Below the pieces are notes generated by a model. It was not told the DNA's origin. It made no database searches and saw only the letters and a list, made by a program, of their open reading frames with translations. Positions 1-12,439 of a DNA stretch of 64,000 bases are shown piece by piece. The number at the start of each line of letters is the position of its first letter. Position 1 is the stretch's first letter. The position numbers were made by a program, and so were the translations under genes. The stretch lies in the NCBI GenBank assembly GCA_950097015.1, contig CATNEN010000025.1, forward strand, positions 124,001 to 188,000. The letters are read 5' to 3'. The stretch comes from Macrostomum hystrix. Lineage: Eukaryota > Animalia > Platyhelminthes.

Positions 1-44
1 GAATTAATAAATATTAACTATCGGAATGGAATAGAATGATCAGT

Positions 45-675
45 GAAGGGAGAGTGGCAGAGCTGTAAAGGGAGAGTGGCAGGGTGGTGAAGGGAGAGTG
101 GCAGGGTAGTGAAGGGAGAGTGGCAGGGTAGTAAAGGGAGAGTGGCAGGGTAGTGAAGGGAGAGTGGCAGGGTAGTGAAGGGAGAGTGGTAGTTTATTGA
201 AGGGAGAGTGGCAGGGTAGTGAAGGGAGAGTGGCAGGGTAGTGAAGGGAGAGTAGCAGGGTAGTGAAGGGAGAGTGGCAGGGTGGTAAAGGGAGAGTGGC
301 AGGGTGGTGACGGGAGAGTGGCAGGGTAGTGAAGGGAGAGTGGCAGAGTGGTGAAGGGAGAGTGGCAGGGTAGTGAAGGGAGAGTGGCAGGGTAGTGAAG
401 GGAGAGTGGCAGGGCTGTGAAGGGAGAGTGGCAGGGTAGTGAAGGGAGAGTGGCAGGGTAGTGAAGGGAGAGTGGCAGGGTGGTGAAGGGAGAGTGGCAG
501 GGTGGTGACGGGAGAGTGGCAGGGTAGTGAAGGGAGAGTGGCAGGGTAGTGAAGGGAGAGTGGCAGGGTAGTGAAGGGAGAGTGGCAGGGTAGTGAAGGG
601 AGAGTGGCAGGGTAGTGAAGGGAGAGTGGCAGGGCTGTGAAGGGAGAGTGGCAGGGTAGTGAAGGGAGAGTGGCA
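45..675. repeat. 22-bp minisatellite (GTGAAGGGAGAGTGGCAGGGTA)n inside a WDR44 intron
   Basis: Directly visible tandem array of about 28 units; it explains the 22-aa periodicity of ORF 18..689 and the tail of ORF 194..1042. It starts about 15 nt after the GT donor at 691. Confidence 0.97.
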
Positions 676-691
676 GGCAGTGGCAGCACAC

Positions 692-3600
692 CTTAAAGAA
701 GCCGCGGTTCCTCTTCCTCCGCTTGACCGTGCTCTCCTTGTACAGGTCGATGAGTGTGTGGTAGGAGAGCTTTTCGGCGGTGTCGTAGAACATCACCCGG
801 CCGTCGTAGGTGCCAACAGCCAGCAGCTGGCCCCCTCGGCAGAAGCAGAGCGCCGTGATCATGTTGGTGTGCCTGGTTGGCACTTGTCTCCAGGCGGACA
901 CTTTCTTATCTGACAGGCTCCATAGGCGCAGCTTGCCGTCCATGCTGCCAGAGACAAAGACTCGATCGTCCTTGGGGTGGAAGGCGATGGCGGGCACGTA
1001 GTCCGAATGGGAGAAGCTGCACAGGCAGTCCTGCTTGTGCACATGCCAGAGGCGGACCTGGGTAATGAGGAGAAAAAAGACCTACCATATTTACACATCC
1101 TTTTTTAGCCAGAAAGTCTAGATGAAGCTAACCAGGATTGGATTGTTACCTACTCGATATGTATCGAAAAAAGGGATTGTAGTCTATTATTTGAAACATC
1201 GGAGTCACGACTAGAAGGTGGAGGGTTCGATTCCCGACTCCACTGGAACAATGTGCTTTTTAGGAAGACACTTGAAACATTGGATTGCTTCAGTTCACCC
1301 TACTGCTAAATGGGTACCAGCATTGGCTGGGTTAATTGAGGGTGGGTGTGGAGCACCCCAGTCTTTGCTGTTGGCCGCACATCTGGCCCGATTGGGCCAT
1401 CGAAATAATTGAAATACGGGTACAAAATAATTGGAAGCTGGTTTCAGCTTCCTAATCGATAGCTACCCGATATGTATCGAAATATTTATCTATACGTAAT
1501 GCGACGGAGGCATTCCGAGATTTTGACGCAGAGAAGAATAGACAGTTAGTAAAAGAAATGGGCAATAAGAAACAGACTAACCAGCCCAGTCCACTTACGG
1601 TGCAGTCCATGGACGCACTGAGCAGGAAGAGATTCCTGGACCAGCTGAGATCCAGCACAGGCGCCTCGTGTCCCCGGCAAACAAGGAATGGCTTGGATCT
1701 GAACGGACTCTTGCGCGAGTTCTCCAATTCGTCGTCGGCTACGCTGCTCCAGCCTTCGCTTTCGGCGGCTCCGCTAGCCGAAGACACACTGTCCAAAAAG
1801 TCGTCGTCGTCGTTATTGACAATGGCAGCTTCGGCTCGGCTCATCAGGCGGCCAATCGTCGACGAGCCGGATGAGGCGGCCTCAAACCTGGCGCTGACTC
1901 GCTGCCTGGCCGCGTCGTAGCGCCTGTAGTGAGTGCGCAGGACGAACATCCTCACCGAGTTGTCGTTGCAGCCGGTGGCTAAGAAAACTCCGCAGGGTGA
2001 AAAGCGCAGGCACCAGACTGTGGCGCAATGTTCGTGCCGGATCTCCTGCACCAGCTTGATGTTGATAAAGTCTTTGTCGCCCTTCTTTGCCCTGGCGGCT
2101 CTGAGAAGAACAAGATAAGGAGACTTGTCAAGACTCACGCCATAAAGGGCCAACCAGTTGCATTCCCCAACCCGCATGGCAGTCAGTGGAATAGGCAGAA
2201 GAATTCTTACTCTTGCTGGTTGTGGGTCTACTGTCACGAATTCATGAGCAAGTGCTCACAGCTCATGAAGTGTATTTCGATTGCTTTTTAAAACTGTTCC
2301 AATTAGCAACTTTGGACGACACAAAAGCAAGAGAAAGTGATCGTCAGAACTATTTGGAAAATATAAGCGCTTGAGTTGCTTTGGAGAAGTCAAACAACCA
2401 CTGTTGTAGAGATCCTAGTCCACTAAGTAAAATAGAAAAAAGCAAAACAATCTAACGACTCTTTAAAGAGGCACCAAAAGTCGGTACATGGTCGCATTGC
2501 GAGGCTAGATTACTCTACGTTTAGTAGAGTAATTTTCTAAAAAGTTGCAAATACGGATGACCTCTCTCACCCCAGCTAATGCTTGTACCCATTTATAAGC
2601 TGGGTGAACTCCACAGAACGGGAATCGAACCCCGACCTTCAAGTCGTGAGTCCGATTTTCTAACACAGTGGCATCCCTAACTCAATTGACTAAACAGCTG
2701 TACGCAGCCCTCAGATGCACTGAGAAATAGCTTTCTGTCGGCTGTAAGTCAAACCCGATTCGACTAATAAACGGAAGACAAAAAACGCCCCATTATTTAG
2801 GACTCACAGTTGAAACCTCTGATTCGCAAATGATTCAGTACAATGGACTCAATAGACGCACCTGAACTTCATGCCCTTGCTTAGATCCAGGCAATAGTCC
2901 AGCTCCTCGTCAGACTCGGCAACCTGGCCAACTAAACCGGACCGGCCGTCCGGTTTGCGAAATCTTCGCCTAAAGCCGGCCGCCTGGTCCAAGGCGTGGG
3001 CCAGGACTCGGCCGAGGCTGGCAAAGGGGCCGGTGGCGCGCGGACCCGACGAACTCGCGCCATCCGAGTTGTCCGCCGCGGCGGCAGCGGCCGATACTGA
3101 CGTCACCGAAGAGGCGGCCGCGGCAGCTGCGGATGACAATGATCCAGCTGCGACAGGGACCGATGTCGAGCCAGGAGGAGCCGACGTGGAACCAGTTGAG
3201 GTGCCTCCTGCTAGTTCCGGTTCAGCGAATTCGCCCCAGTTGTCGTCGGGTCGAGACAGAGTCGCTCGCTCTATCATAGGAGCGTCAAGAGGGAATCTGG
3301 GCGGCTGCAGCTGCGGCGGTGGCTGCTGCGGAGGTGAGGGCTCCTCCGACTGGGGTGGCAAGCCTGGCATGGAAGGCGGCAAGGTAGCCGTGTTCGGATC
3401 CGGAAACCGTCGGCCAGACGCAGCTGGAAGACCAGCTCCATCCGAAGCGGCGGAGGCCGCAGCAGCGGAGACGGCTGCTCCGCCGTTCGAGTCGCTGCCA
3501 GTGTCGGTTGTGCCCGACTCTGGCATCATCGAGTCACGATTCATCGCAGAAGGCATTGTAGCTGCGTGCAGCCTGACGGCCGGTATTGACGCCGTCGGAG

Positions 3601-3955
3601 GTCGTCTCTGAAACAGAGGCTCTCCCGCCGGAGCCACAGCACCACCGCCTCCTACTGGGTCATAGAAGCTGTTCGTAGTCTCGAATGGCGAGCCGACAAT
3701 AGAGCTAGCGTGGCGCTGAGACGTATCAGTGACGGAGTCAACGACAGTGACAGCTGTAGACGTGGCCGCGGAGGCATCATCGTCTGGACAGTCAAAGAAG
3801 ATCTCAGAGTCGGAGCCATCTTCGGCTTCGTCGGAGGAAACGGCAATGGCGGCAGAATTTGCCACCACAGAAAGCGCGGCAGACTTAAATTGATGATAAA
3901 GAGATATTTTAGGGCCAGATTTTTTGTTTTTATTAGCACGAAAGCACGACAGCAT
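692..3955 (-). CDS. WDR44: WD repeat-containing protein 44 (Rab11-binding protein), 5' part; gene continues beyond the left edge
   Basis: Exons 3955(or 3883)-2862, 2100-1599 and 1057-692 join in frame at GT-AG sites. The N-terminal acidic FFAT-like motif [80 protein letters not shown] and FHPKDDRVFVSGSMDGKLRLW match my recollection of WDR44 orthologs. The start codon is uncertain. Confidence 0.9.
1200..1395 (+). mobile_element. tRNA-derived SINE family 1, internally deleted copy (WDR44 intron)
   Basis: B-box GGTTCGATTCCCGACTCCACT followed by TTCAGTTCACCC...AAATGGGTACCAGCATTGGCTGG, shared with the copies at 27105, 38478 and 53055. Confidence 0.8.
2560..2675 (-). mobile_element. SINE family 1, 5' fragment (WDR44 intron 1)
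   Basis: Reverse complement of the head (GGGAATCGAACCC-GACCTTCAAGTCGTGAGTCCGA) and of the core (TACCCATTT...GCTGGGTGAACT). Confidence 0.75.
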
Positions 3956-4216
3956 GTTGCAAATGTGGGTCTTATTAAAATGTGAGTTTAACTAGCGTGT
4001 GAATTTAACTAGCGAGCGAAGGGTCCATCCTAAATAGACAGAATCCCTTAAGTTTAAAACTATATACAGCCCTTCACAAAACTATAGTAGCATTGTAGCG
4101 GAATAATTTTAATTTATAATCTAAGCAAGAATGTTTCTTGCGTGCTTGTAGATTATATTTTATAGTCACCTGGGGCAAGCGGCGCCTTCTAGCAACTACA
4201 AAGTGAATCGGTAGGG

Positions 4217-5035
4217 GTGCCCTCAAGCAGCTGTTTGGCCGACAGCACAATGGCAGTGGCAGTGGCGCGGTTGGCCAGGATTAAACATGCGCTTCGCGAA
4301 GCAGGCCTTGAGCGGTCCCACGCAAGTGCAGTCAGACATTGGATCGACCTCGGTGACATCGTCGGTGCCTGCCGCATAGTAATCAACGAAGGAAAACTAG
4401 CGGCAGCTGATGAGGCCACCCTGTCGGCGCTGCAGGCCAAGCACTCGGCCATGGAAGACCTGCCGCCTCCACTTCTCAAACTTTCCCTGGAGCAGCTGCT
4501 CACCGCCGTGGTCTGCACCCAGGCAGGCGACGCCCCTGGCCCGGACAGGCTGTGGTCGGCGCATCTGAAGCTGCTTGCTGCGCCAGCTTGTTGGCTTCGT
4601 CAAGAAGGTCGGCGCCTGCGCGACTCGCCGTCGGTCTCGCGCTACGAAATGGTTGCACGCACCACTTGCGCTTCAGTCAAAGAACAGGCCCCTACGGAGG
4701 TCGGCTTCGGTGTCTGAGGAGGCGCGTAGGTTGCTGTCCGTTGTTTTCTGTGCGCAGCTGATGGCTGTCAGGGCCTTGTCAAGTTGGACTTTTTTACGCA
4801 TTTAACTCTATTTTCCACAGAGTCACGATAGGCGCATTGATCCACTCTTTACCTTCCACAGCTCGAGCGCTTGGTGCGCTGTGCCTATGGCGGAAGGTCC
4901 GAACTGCTTTTCAGCGCCCACGATTCCGTCAGCGGGGTGCAGGGAGACCCGCTGCTGTTTGCCCTGGCAATTCGAGACATCTCACAGAGGGGGGCAATGT
5001 GGACCTTGCCGTCTGGTACGAGGACGTCTCGTAAA
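4217..5035 (+). pseudogene. Decayed non-LTR retrotransposon reverse transcriptase fragment (early-branching, CRE/NeSL/R2-like type by motif style)
   Basis: Across frameshifts: GDIVGACRIV..LQAKH, DAPGPDRLWSAHLK, EVGFGV, LVKLDF..AFNSI, SGVQ-GDP-LLFALAI and WYED in place of WYLDD. Confidence 0.8.
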
Positions 5036-7199
5036 TGGACAAAGGAACAATTTGAGGCCGTGCAGACCAAGTCAAAGCCTAGATCAAGCGCATGACAGAG
5101 GCTTCTGCCACCGTCGGCCTCCAGCTCAAGGAAGCCAAATGAAAAGCTGTGTCCGCTGATCCCTTGTTCATCCACGGCATCCATGAAATCCTATCTGGCT
5201 GCTTCTTGAAGCTGTAGTCAATGCATCTGCTGTTGATTAATCGGCTAAGCATGCCCTCAGTCTGTGCACAATCATCAAGCGGCTTGGCTCCATCAACCGC
5301 CATGACACATCATTTCCCTGCTCTGCCCCTTGTGTGATGTGGCTGTGGAGATGGTCAACCATCTGTTCTTCTGTTCTAGCTGTCCACAGACAGTTTTCAC
5401 TCCTCTGTACCCATGGACCCAGCCCATTACAGAATTCGCTCAAATTGGAATCTTATAGATCAAACATGTAACATAAATGTAAGCAAATACTTGGATATAT
5501 CCCTAAAAGAGCACATATTTCCTTAAAAATGTCTTCAAAATCAGACACCATGAAGAGTGATAGCAACAACCTGATTCTTGCACAGAAGCTTATCTTTCAG
5601 TATATCATTTCATAGACAATAATTTTAAAGCAACTATGATTGTAACTGAATATAAAAAGTTGAGTAATGAATAAATAATAGTGGGTATACATGTGAAAGA
5701 GATCTAAACATGACATTGGAGAAATAAGAATAGAAAGCTATAATTTTCAAAAATGGAATGATTTCCCAATTTTTTTAACTTTTCACATTGAACAGTTAAA
5801 CTCAATTATTTTAAAAGTAATGTTTACTCGCAAACAAACTCATAGCATAAATAATAAGTAAAATTGTATATATTTAATTTCTTTCATTAAAAAAATTCTA
5901 TGTAAAGAAAGGCTACAACAGAGAGTGTAACCCACTGGCTTCTAGTGGGCCACAGTGTGTCATGGACACTAGAACTAAGGTTTAAAGTTGATTGGAAAAC
6001 CCAAAGTTTTCTTCATGTTGCCTTTTGTCAGCTTGTTCACTGCCACTGCAGCAGTTACTGGCACTTTTATTACATGCAAAATCTGAATCATTCTCACTAG
6101 CTACTATTACTAGAAACAAAAACAGCAATTTAGTTTTGGCCTAGGGCAGCTGTACTATAAGGAATAAAAATATATCATGAATATTGTTCAAGGACATTAT
6201 ACTGCTTAGGTCAGGAGAATTAATTTAATTATAAAAGCAAAGAGCAAAAAAGCAAGAAGCTAAGTAAATAAGTACTGTACTATATGCCAATTCAAATACT
6301 AAAAAACCAATGTACATGTAGCAACAAATTAATATAATTATAAATCAAACAAATTAATAAATAAAGCCGCAGCCTATGCCAATGTCATTAGCATAGTTCT
6401 TAAAAAAGACAATAAATCAAAAGCTTTATGGCCAGTTAAAACTGCACTATTGCTGCCATGTACTAGCTAGCTTGCATTGAATACCCTATTCAGACAATCA
6501 ACTAACTGGTGCTAGTAATAACTATTAAACAATATACTATATAGTGTACGCATTACGCATAGCCATTCTAGAGTTCTAGATATGTAATTTAATATATGAT
6601 TACTTACATAGAAATCGCCAAAAGTTCATAAATAAAAGTGATCGTGATTCAAATATTTAGAGCTTTTCGCTAGGTTATTTTTAATGTAGATAGCTAGCTA
6701 ACTTAGCAGAAAATGCTCATTAACCCTTTTTATACTAAAACTATACAATGAAAATATTTTATAAACATTTTTATCAAATTACTTTAAAAGATTACTTTAC
6801 AAAAACGGTCTAGATACTTAAAATATATATGATTCAACAAAATCATTTATAATATCCTACATCAAAATATGCTTAACACTTGTTGAGCACGACACGACGT
6901 GGGTCGTGTCGTGTTCTTAGAAAAGTCTCGGTAAAGCTAAATTTGATTCCGCGCTAAATTTTGGTATAGTATCGTAATATTATAAGTGATACATTTTGAC
7001 TTAGTTTAATCGACAAAATACCATTAATTGTATTCACACAACAAGGGATTGGTGATAACTCCAAAAAGCATCACAAATCACAGAGATAAAAAAACACAAT
7101 GCATCATAATATTGTATACCACAGTAAAAGAAGGCTAAAAAATCTTCATTTAGTAGTTTTTGCGACTCCTCACATGCGTGTGCATACGTGCGCGCGCAT

Positions 7200-7221
7200 G
7201 AGTGTGTGTTGTGTGTGTGTG

Positions 7222-7271
<50 letters not shown>
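7200..7271. repeat. (TG)n microsatellite
   Basis: Directly visible, with a few interruptions. Confidence 0.97.
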
Positions 7272-7273
<2 letters not shown>

Positions 7274-8793
7274 CGTAATCTGATGCGAATTCGAAAATAG
7301 GAGAAACCGAGGTTCTCTTCGCATCTCGCCTGCACAAGGCTATACTGCAATTGTAGCTAATTAAGCCCGCGGAAAATCGGTCCATAATTTGCGTTGCGGA
7401 TCTTCAAATGGCAAAAACATGCATAATCATATTTTGCTTTTCCGCTTTTAGTAACCAAAAGTTTTTTTTCTTCGTTGTGGCTTATTTTAAACCTGTTCAA
7501 CGAAAAAATAAAATTCCTCTATTCTTTTTCTGAACAAGTTCAAATTCTAATTAGAAATTCAACTTTCCGAGTAAATCAAGCGGACAATAGAGGTCATGGT
7601 TTCGAAGCTTTGAGTCTTAAAAATAAGTCAGTGGTGATTTTATAGCTTTCTGGATCTGTCATCTTTCTGTTATCATTCTTCGGAAATTGTATATGGCACA
7701 ATTCCTAGCTAGATAACTATGCGTTATATTTAGTTTTTGTTAACCCAAAATTAGAAACTGTTTTGAAGAGACGAAATCTTTTCTTGCTCTCCGTCACTGA
7801 GTGCTAGCTGCGATGCTGCATGTTGCCATCCTTTTAGGCGAAGGGTAAGACCACATAGCGAACTCATGTGTGCTCAAATCCTTTGTCCAAGGTTGGGCTG
7901 ACGCGCACCACACAAAATTTGGAACGCACAATGTTATCTTATTAATGGCATTGTCCAATTCTTTTCCGATATATGTCAGTAGTTCTATTCATAGAACGAA
8001 TTTTCGTTGCCTTTGACTCGTATGACGCATGACGTGTTTTTTTCTTGAATTTATGTCAGAACTGCAGGTAATTAAAGCAGAGAAGTACGAGGCTCGTATA
8101 GGCAAGCGTAAGACAATATTATTCTAAATAAATGATTAGCCTCAAACTGATTCTCGTAGCACGCCCCGAGGCCTGCAGAGCTCAGGGCTTTAGGCTGTGT
8201 ACATCCATGGGCGGCAACTGGAGATGGCAACGACCTTCACTGTGCATATATGTATATGCGTACATATGCTCAGAGCTCTACTGAGTACAATGAATCTTTC
8301 AGTGCTATGCTGAGCTAACAACACAATCGCAATTGGAGAGTATGGTATAGGCGCAGAGAAAAGCCAAGTACAAAAATATTATACAAGAAAGAAAATCATT
8401 TGACCGAAGAGAAATTAAATATTTCAGAAAACCAAGCCACTAGCTAAACGTTTAAGTTCTTTATTAGTCCTCTCTAGCCATACAGCTACAGCAGCTGCAT
8501 TTTACTGGCACTACACCAACACGCCTCTAGCCGTAGACCAGCTCGGACCTGCTCAAGAGCACACTCGAAAGACTCCACGCACCCACCCTGCGACCCAGCC
8601 ACTCAGAGCTGTCCGAGCCGGGGATAGAAAGTAAAAAGAATAGAAGGGAACTCTGAAGTTTGGAAAATATTCATATTTTCTTCATTTTCTTCCTGTCGCA
8701 CAGAAACCAAGCACTCTCGCTGGGCTGCAGAAAGTTGACAAGCAACGACTAAGCATTTTTGTGAGATCTCCGCAACTTGCTGCTTCGATTGGC

Positions 8794-10463
8794 ATGCATT
8801 CTCAACTATCACAGGTGACCGTCGTGCTGGTGGTGGCAGCAATCGGCCTATTCACTCCGACGGCAGGCCAGATTAACACCTACGGCTGCTCCAGCTCCGG
8901 CTTCTCTCAGCGTAGGCTGACAAATTTTGGCAAGTTCACCTTTATAATGGCACCTCTGGCGCCAAATGCGTCCAACCTGCAAGCGAACATGGACTGCAGC
9001 ATCACAATCATTGGATACAGCACAAGCCGTTGGATCGTCACCATTGACTCCATCAATCTCGGCGCCTATCAGGTAGGCAGGAAAAGAAGCTCTCATAAAA
9101 TTGAGACTTCAGTATCGACATTTCCTCGGTGCAGGTGTCCAAAACGCACTTATGACGATAGTTGTAATTAAACACTGGAAGAAATGACTTTTATTCAATA
9201 AATGCTTTAAAAACTTTTACGTCTACACTTGTACATTGCTTTTGATACCTATGCCCATGAGTATTGAACGTACGTACAGCAGTACACGTGCATAATAACA
9301 TACAGCGGGTGATCAGTGATAATACGGGGCAACTCAACCACGTACTTCTCAGGCCGAGTTCAACATTTACGAGGGCGAAACGACGAGCGGAAAGAATTTT
9401 CTGTCGCTGACTAACTCTAGCTCGGTGATTCGACAGTTCGGCATCAACTCCGGCACCTTCACAGCGCGACAGACGACCAGTTCAGGACCGGCTGGTCTTG
9501 CTACCGGCCTTCGGATGACGGTGGAGCATCTGGACACTACCGACTGTCCATCGGGCTGGTACACTGTGAGCAGCAGCTCAGGATATTGCTACGGTGTGCC
9601 TAAACTGGCTGGAAATCTGACTTACGATCAGTCCGCCAAGGCGTGCAACATGATGCTCGCCAACCTGGTCATGGGCAACTTTGACTACGACTCAATCTTG
9701 TCGGAGCTTCTGTCGGCGCCAATCAGCGTGGTGAATCCGCGCTTAGCCTACTGGGTCGGCATGTACATGTTCGACAAAAGTAGCGAGCCAAAGTTTCTCA
9801 ATAAGTACACCTCGCTAGAGTGAGTTGTCTTAAAGTAATCAATTGCTTTTTAAGCCATCTCTATTCCAAAATATAATCGCAATCATTGAAGCTTAATATA
9901 TTAAAATGAATCTTGATTGCAGTAGCATTTCTGGCAGCATGTGCACCTACAGCTCCAGCTGCCAGTGCATTGCCTATCAAAGTGGCCGCTTCTACAATGA
10001 CGAGTGCACCAACCGGCGCCAGTACATCTGCTACATGCCCCGCGGCGGCACCAGCTCCTACTACGACATCGCCAGCCTAATAGCCACGGCAAGCACCATT
10101 GTAACTATCATCGCCATTGTGCTAACGGTCGGATTTGTCCTCGCTGTTCTGATCAGCCTCATCGTTGTAATCGTCTGCTGCATTCGGCGCAACTCTGTTG
10201 CGCGTCGTAACAGGCGCCAAAACGCCGACGCCAACGCTGGAGCGTTGGCTGCAACCCCGGCGAATCCGTACCCGACAATGCCGCCACCACCACCGCCACA
10301 GCCGGAAGCGCCGCCCTACACAATCAGCGCGCCTCCGTTTGCCACCTACTCAAATCTGGGCTTCAACGCTGGAGCTATCGGTCCCGCTGCAGAGCCCGGA
10401 GCTAATGTCGAGAAGCCGCCGCCCTATAACCCGGAGTGGAACGGGCATCAGGTACCAGCCTGA
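8794..10463 (+). CDS. Type I membrane protein: signal peptide, CUB-like domain, C-type lectin domain, TM helix, Pro-rich PPxY tail (about 428 aa)
   Basis: Exons 8794-9072, 9353-9819 and 9923-10463 join in frame (phases 0 and 2) at GT-AG sites. Signal-like MHSQLSQVTVVLVVAAIGLFTPTAG; CUB-like NMDCSITI...FNIYEG; CTLD cysteines CPSGW..GYCY..AKAC..YWVG..CQC..FYNDEC..RQYIC; hydrophobic stretch IVTIIAIVLTVGFVLAVLISLIVVIVCC; KPPPY. Confidence 0.85.
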
Positions 10464-10989
10464 GTGCAACCTCTGAGGAAACACTAACTTTGATTGCGAT
10501 CGAATGCTGACATTGCTTAATATTGAGCCGGAAGAAATTGGTGTGCTTATTTTTAGAACATTCTCATTTTTTAATCTCTACTGACCCTTATTGCTTGGTA
10601 AACTTCACATCATTTAGTTTTTTCATTCTGTTGTGATCTGTTGGTGATATTTCTAAGACTACTTTATTTTACTCTAGGGTTTGACGCTTGAGAATTCTTT
10701 GTTATTTCAAGTGAAAGTCCCGGATTTATATTTTACATATGTTTGCCCCCACTGACAATGTACATGTAGTATCATTTAGCTGTCGATAGAGATTCATTGA
10801 GTTTGAATCAAAAATTTTTTTCTTTTTACTTTGCAGATCTGTTCAGATTATAAACTAGTTTCCAGCCATTGTGCTCACCAAAATATTCTGACATTTTTTA
10901 ATATAACGAATCGTTTCTCGCGAGTAAGCTGCCTATATTACTCAAGGTGTCGTACGACACTATGCGGCCCGTTGATTCCAGATCTTCGT

Positions 10990-11410
10990 ACGAGGTGCGG
11001 TCAAGTTCAAGTGAGACAAACGCAATATGTATGGTAAATCCCACCCGATCATCTTCGCAAGTGCTTCATATTTTAGCTAGACTAATAGAGACAATCAGTG
11101 ACAAAAAAAGCAGTTTTTTTCATCGACTTCTGTCTTAGCTACAACTTGATAAAGTGCATCAGCCACAAGAACCCAAAAAATGGCGGAGCGGCCTAACAAT
11201 GGCCCCCATCCTCCCTACTCCCCAGACCTGGCGCCAGCTGACTATTTCCTCTTCCCAACGATGTTAAGATTCATGCTCTTTCAGAATAATCATCTGATTT
11301 CCTCTACAGTGTTTAATAACGAGGCTGCCGAGACTGTCTCACTTGAACTTGACCGCACCTCGTACATATTGATTGATTTAACCTCCAGAAGTATCAATTG
11401 GTGCTAGCTT
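10990..11410 (+). mobile_element. Mariner transposase relic (C-terminal part)
   Basis: HPPYSPDLAPADYFLFP at about 11207-11257 is the diagnostic mariner YSPDLAP-D motif; upstream HILARLIETISDKK resembles the L-RLREAIRKKR segment. Frameshifted; TIRs not identified. Confidence 0.75.
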
Positions 11411-12014
11411 TTCATGACTAAAAATACATTTCCATATAGAGTATTCAGTTTTAGTATATTGAAACACTACAAATAAATATAAAACTTTTACTTTTAGTTC
11501 GACAAAAACAGGAATTGAAAGATTTCGAAAATTCACTCACAAGTTACTTACTGTACTTGTGTAACTATTCATTGTTTATTCATTTTTAATGCTTATCGTG
11601 CAAAATTGACAAGATACTCGTACAAAAAAATTACTGATACGCCACACATCCAATCAATTTATTTAGTTCAACTTAATACTAATTTGAAAAATAAATTTAA
11701 AAATGATAAAGTAGCACCAAAAATATAGCTCTAACGTTTAGATTTGACAGAAAATGTTACATATTCGCATTTAGTAGGCATAAGTTGTACTAACAGTAGA
11801 AAAACTAATTAACAGAAACGGTTGGTCATTATTCCATTAGCGGACACAGATAATTTGTTTAAATTTTGAATATTTAGATACGAAGTAACTATAAGTCGAA
11901 GTCGAAGTCGCGAAGACGAAGTAACTAGAAGTGACTATTTCATTAAATTGTATTATAAAGGAAATTCTATGTTTTACAAGAATCAGGTTAAAATTGGTGA
12001 GCTGTACACTGAAC

Positions 12015-12398
12015 AATCAGTGGTAGGGACCGCGGAACACTGAACAATCACTGGTAGGGACAGCGGTACACTGGGGAATTAGTGGTAGGGACAGCGGTAC
12101 ACTGAGGAATTAGTGGTAGGGACAGCGGTACACTGAGGAATTAGTGGTAGGGACAGCGGAACACTGAGGAATTAGTGGTAGGGACAGCGAAACACTGAGG
12201 AATTAGTGGTAGGGACCGCGGAACACTGAGGAATTAGTGGTAGGGACAGCGGTACACTGAGGAATTAGTGGTAGGGACAGCGGTACACTGAGGAATTAGT
12301 GGTAGGGACAGTGGTACACTGAGGAATTAGTGGTAGGGACAGTGGTACACTGAGGAATTAGTGGTAGGGACAGCGGTACACTGAGGAATTAGTGGTAG
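12015..12398. repeat. 31-bp minisatellite (CACTGAGGAATTAGTGGTAGGGACAGCGGTA)n
   Basis: About 12 tandem units, directly visible; the first units are more divergent. Confidence 0.97.
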
Positions 12399-12439
12399 GA
12401 AAGGATTTCTCTGATGGGTGTGTGGTCGGATTCGCGACT

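Noticed and set aside
5079-5620. Possible minus-strand gene fragment next to the RT relic
   Set aside because: Short ORFs in different frames, with no recognisable motif or consistent splice pattern.
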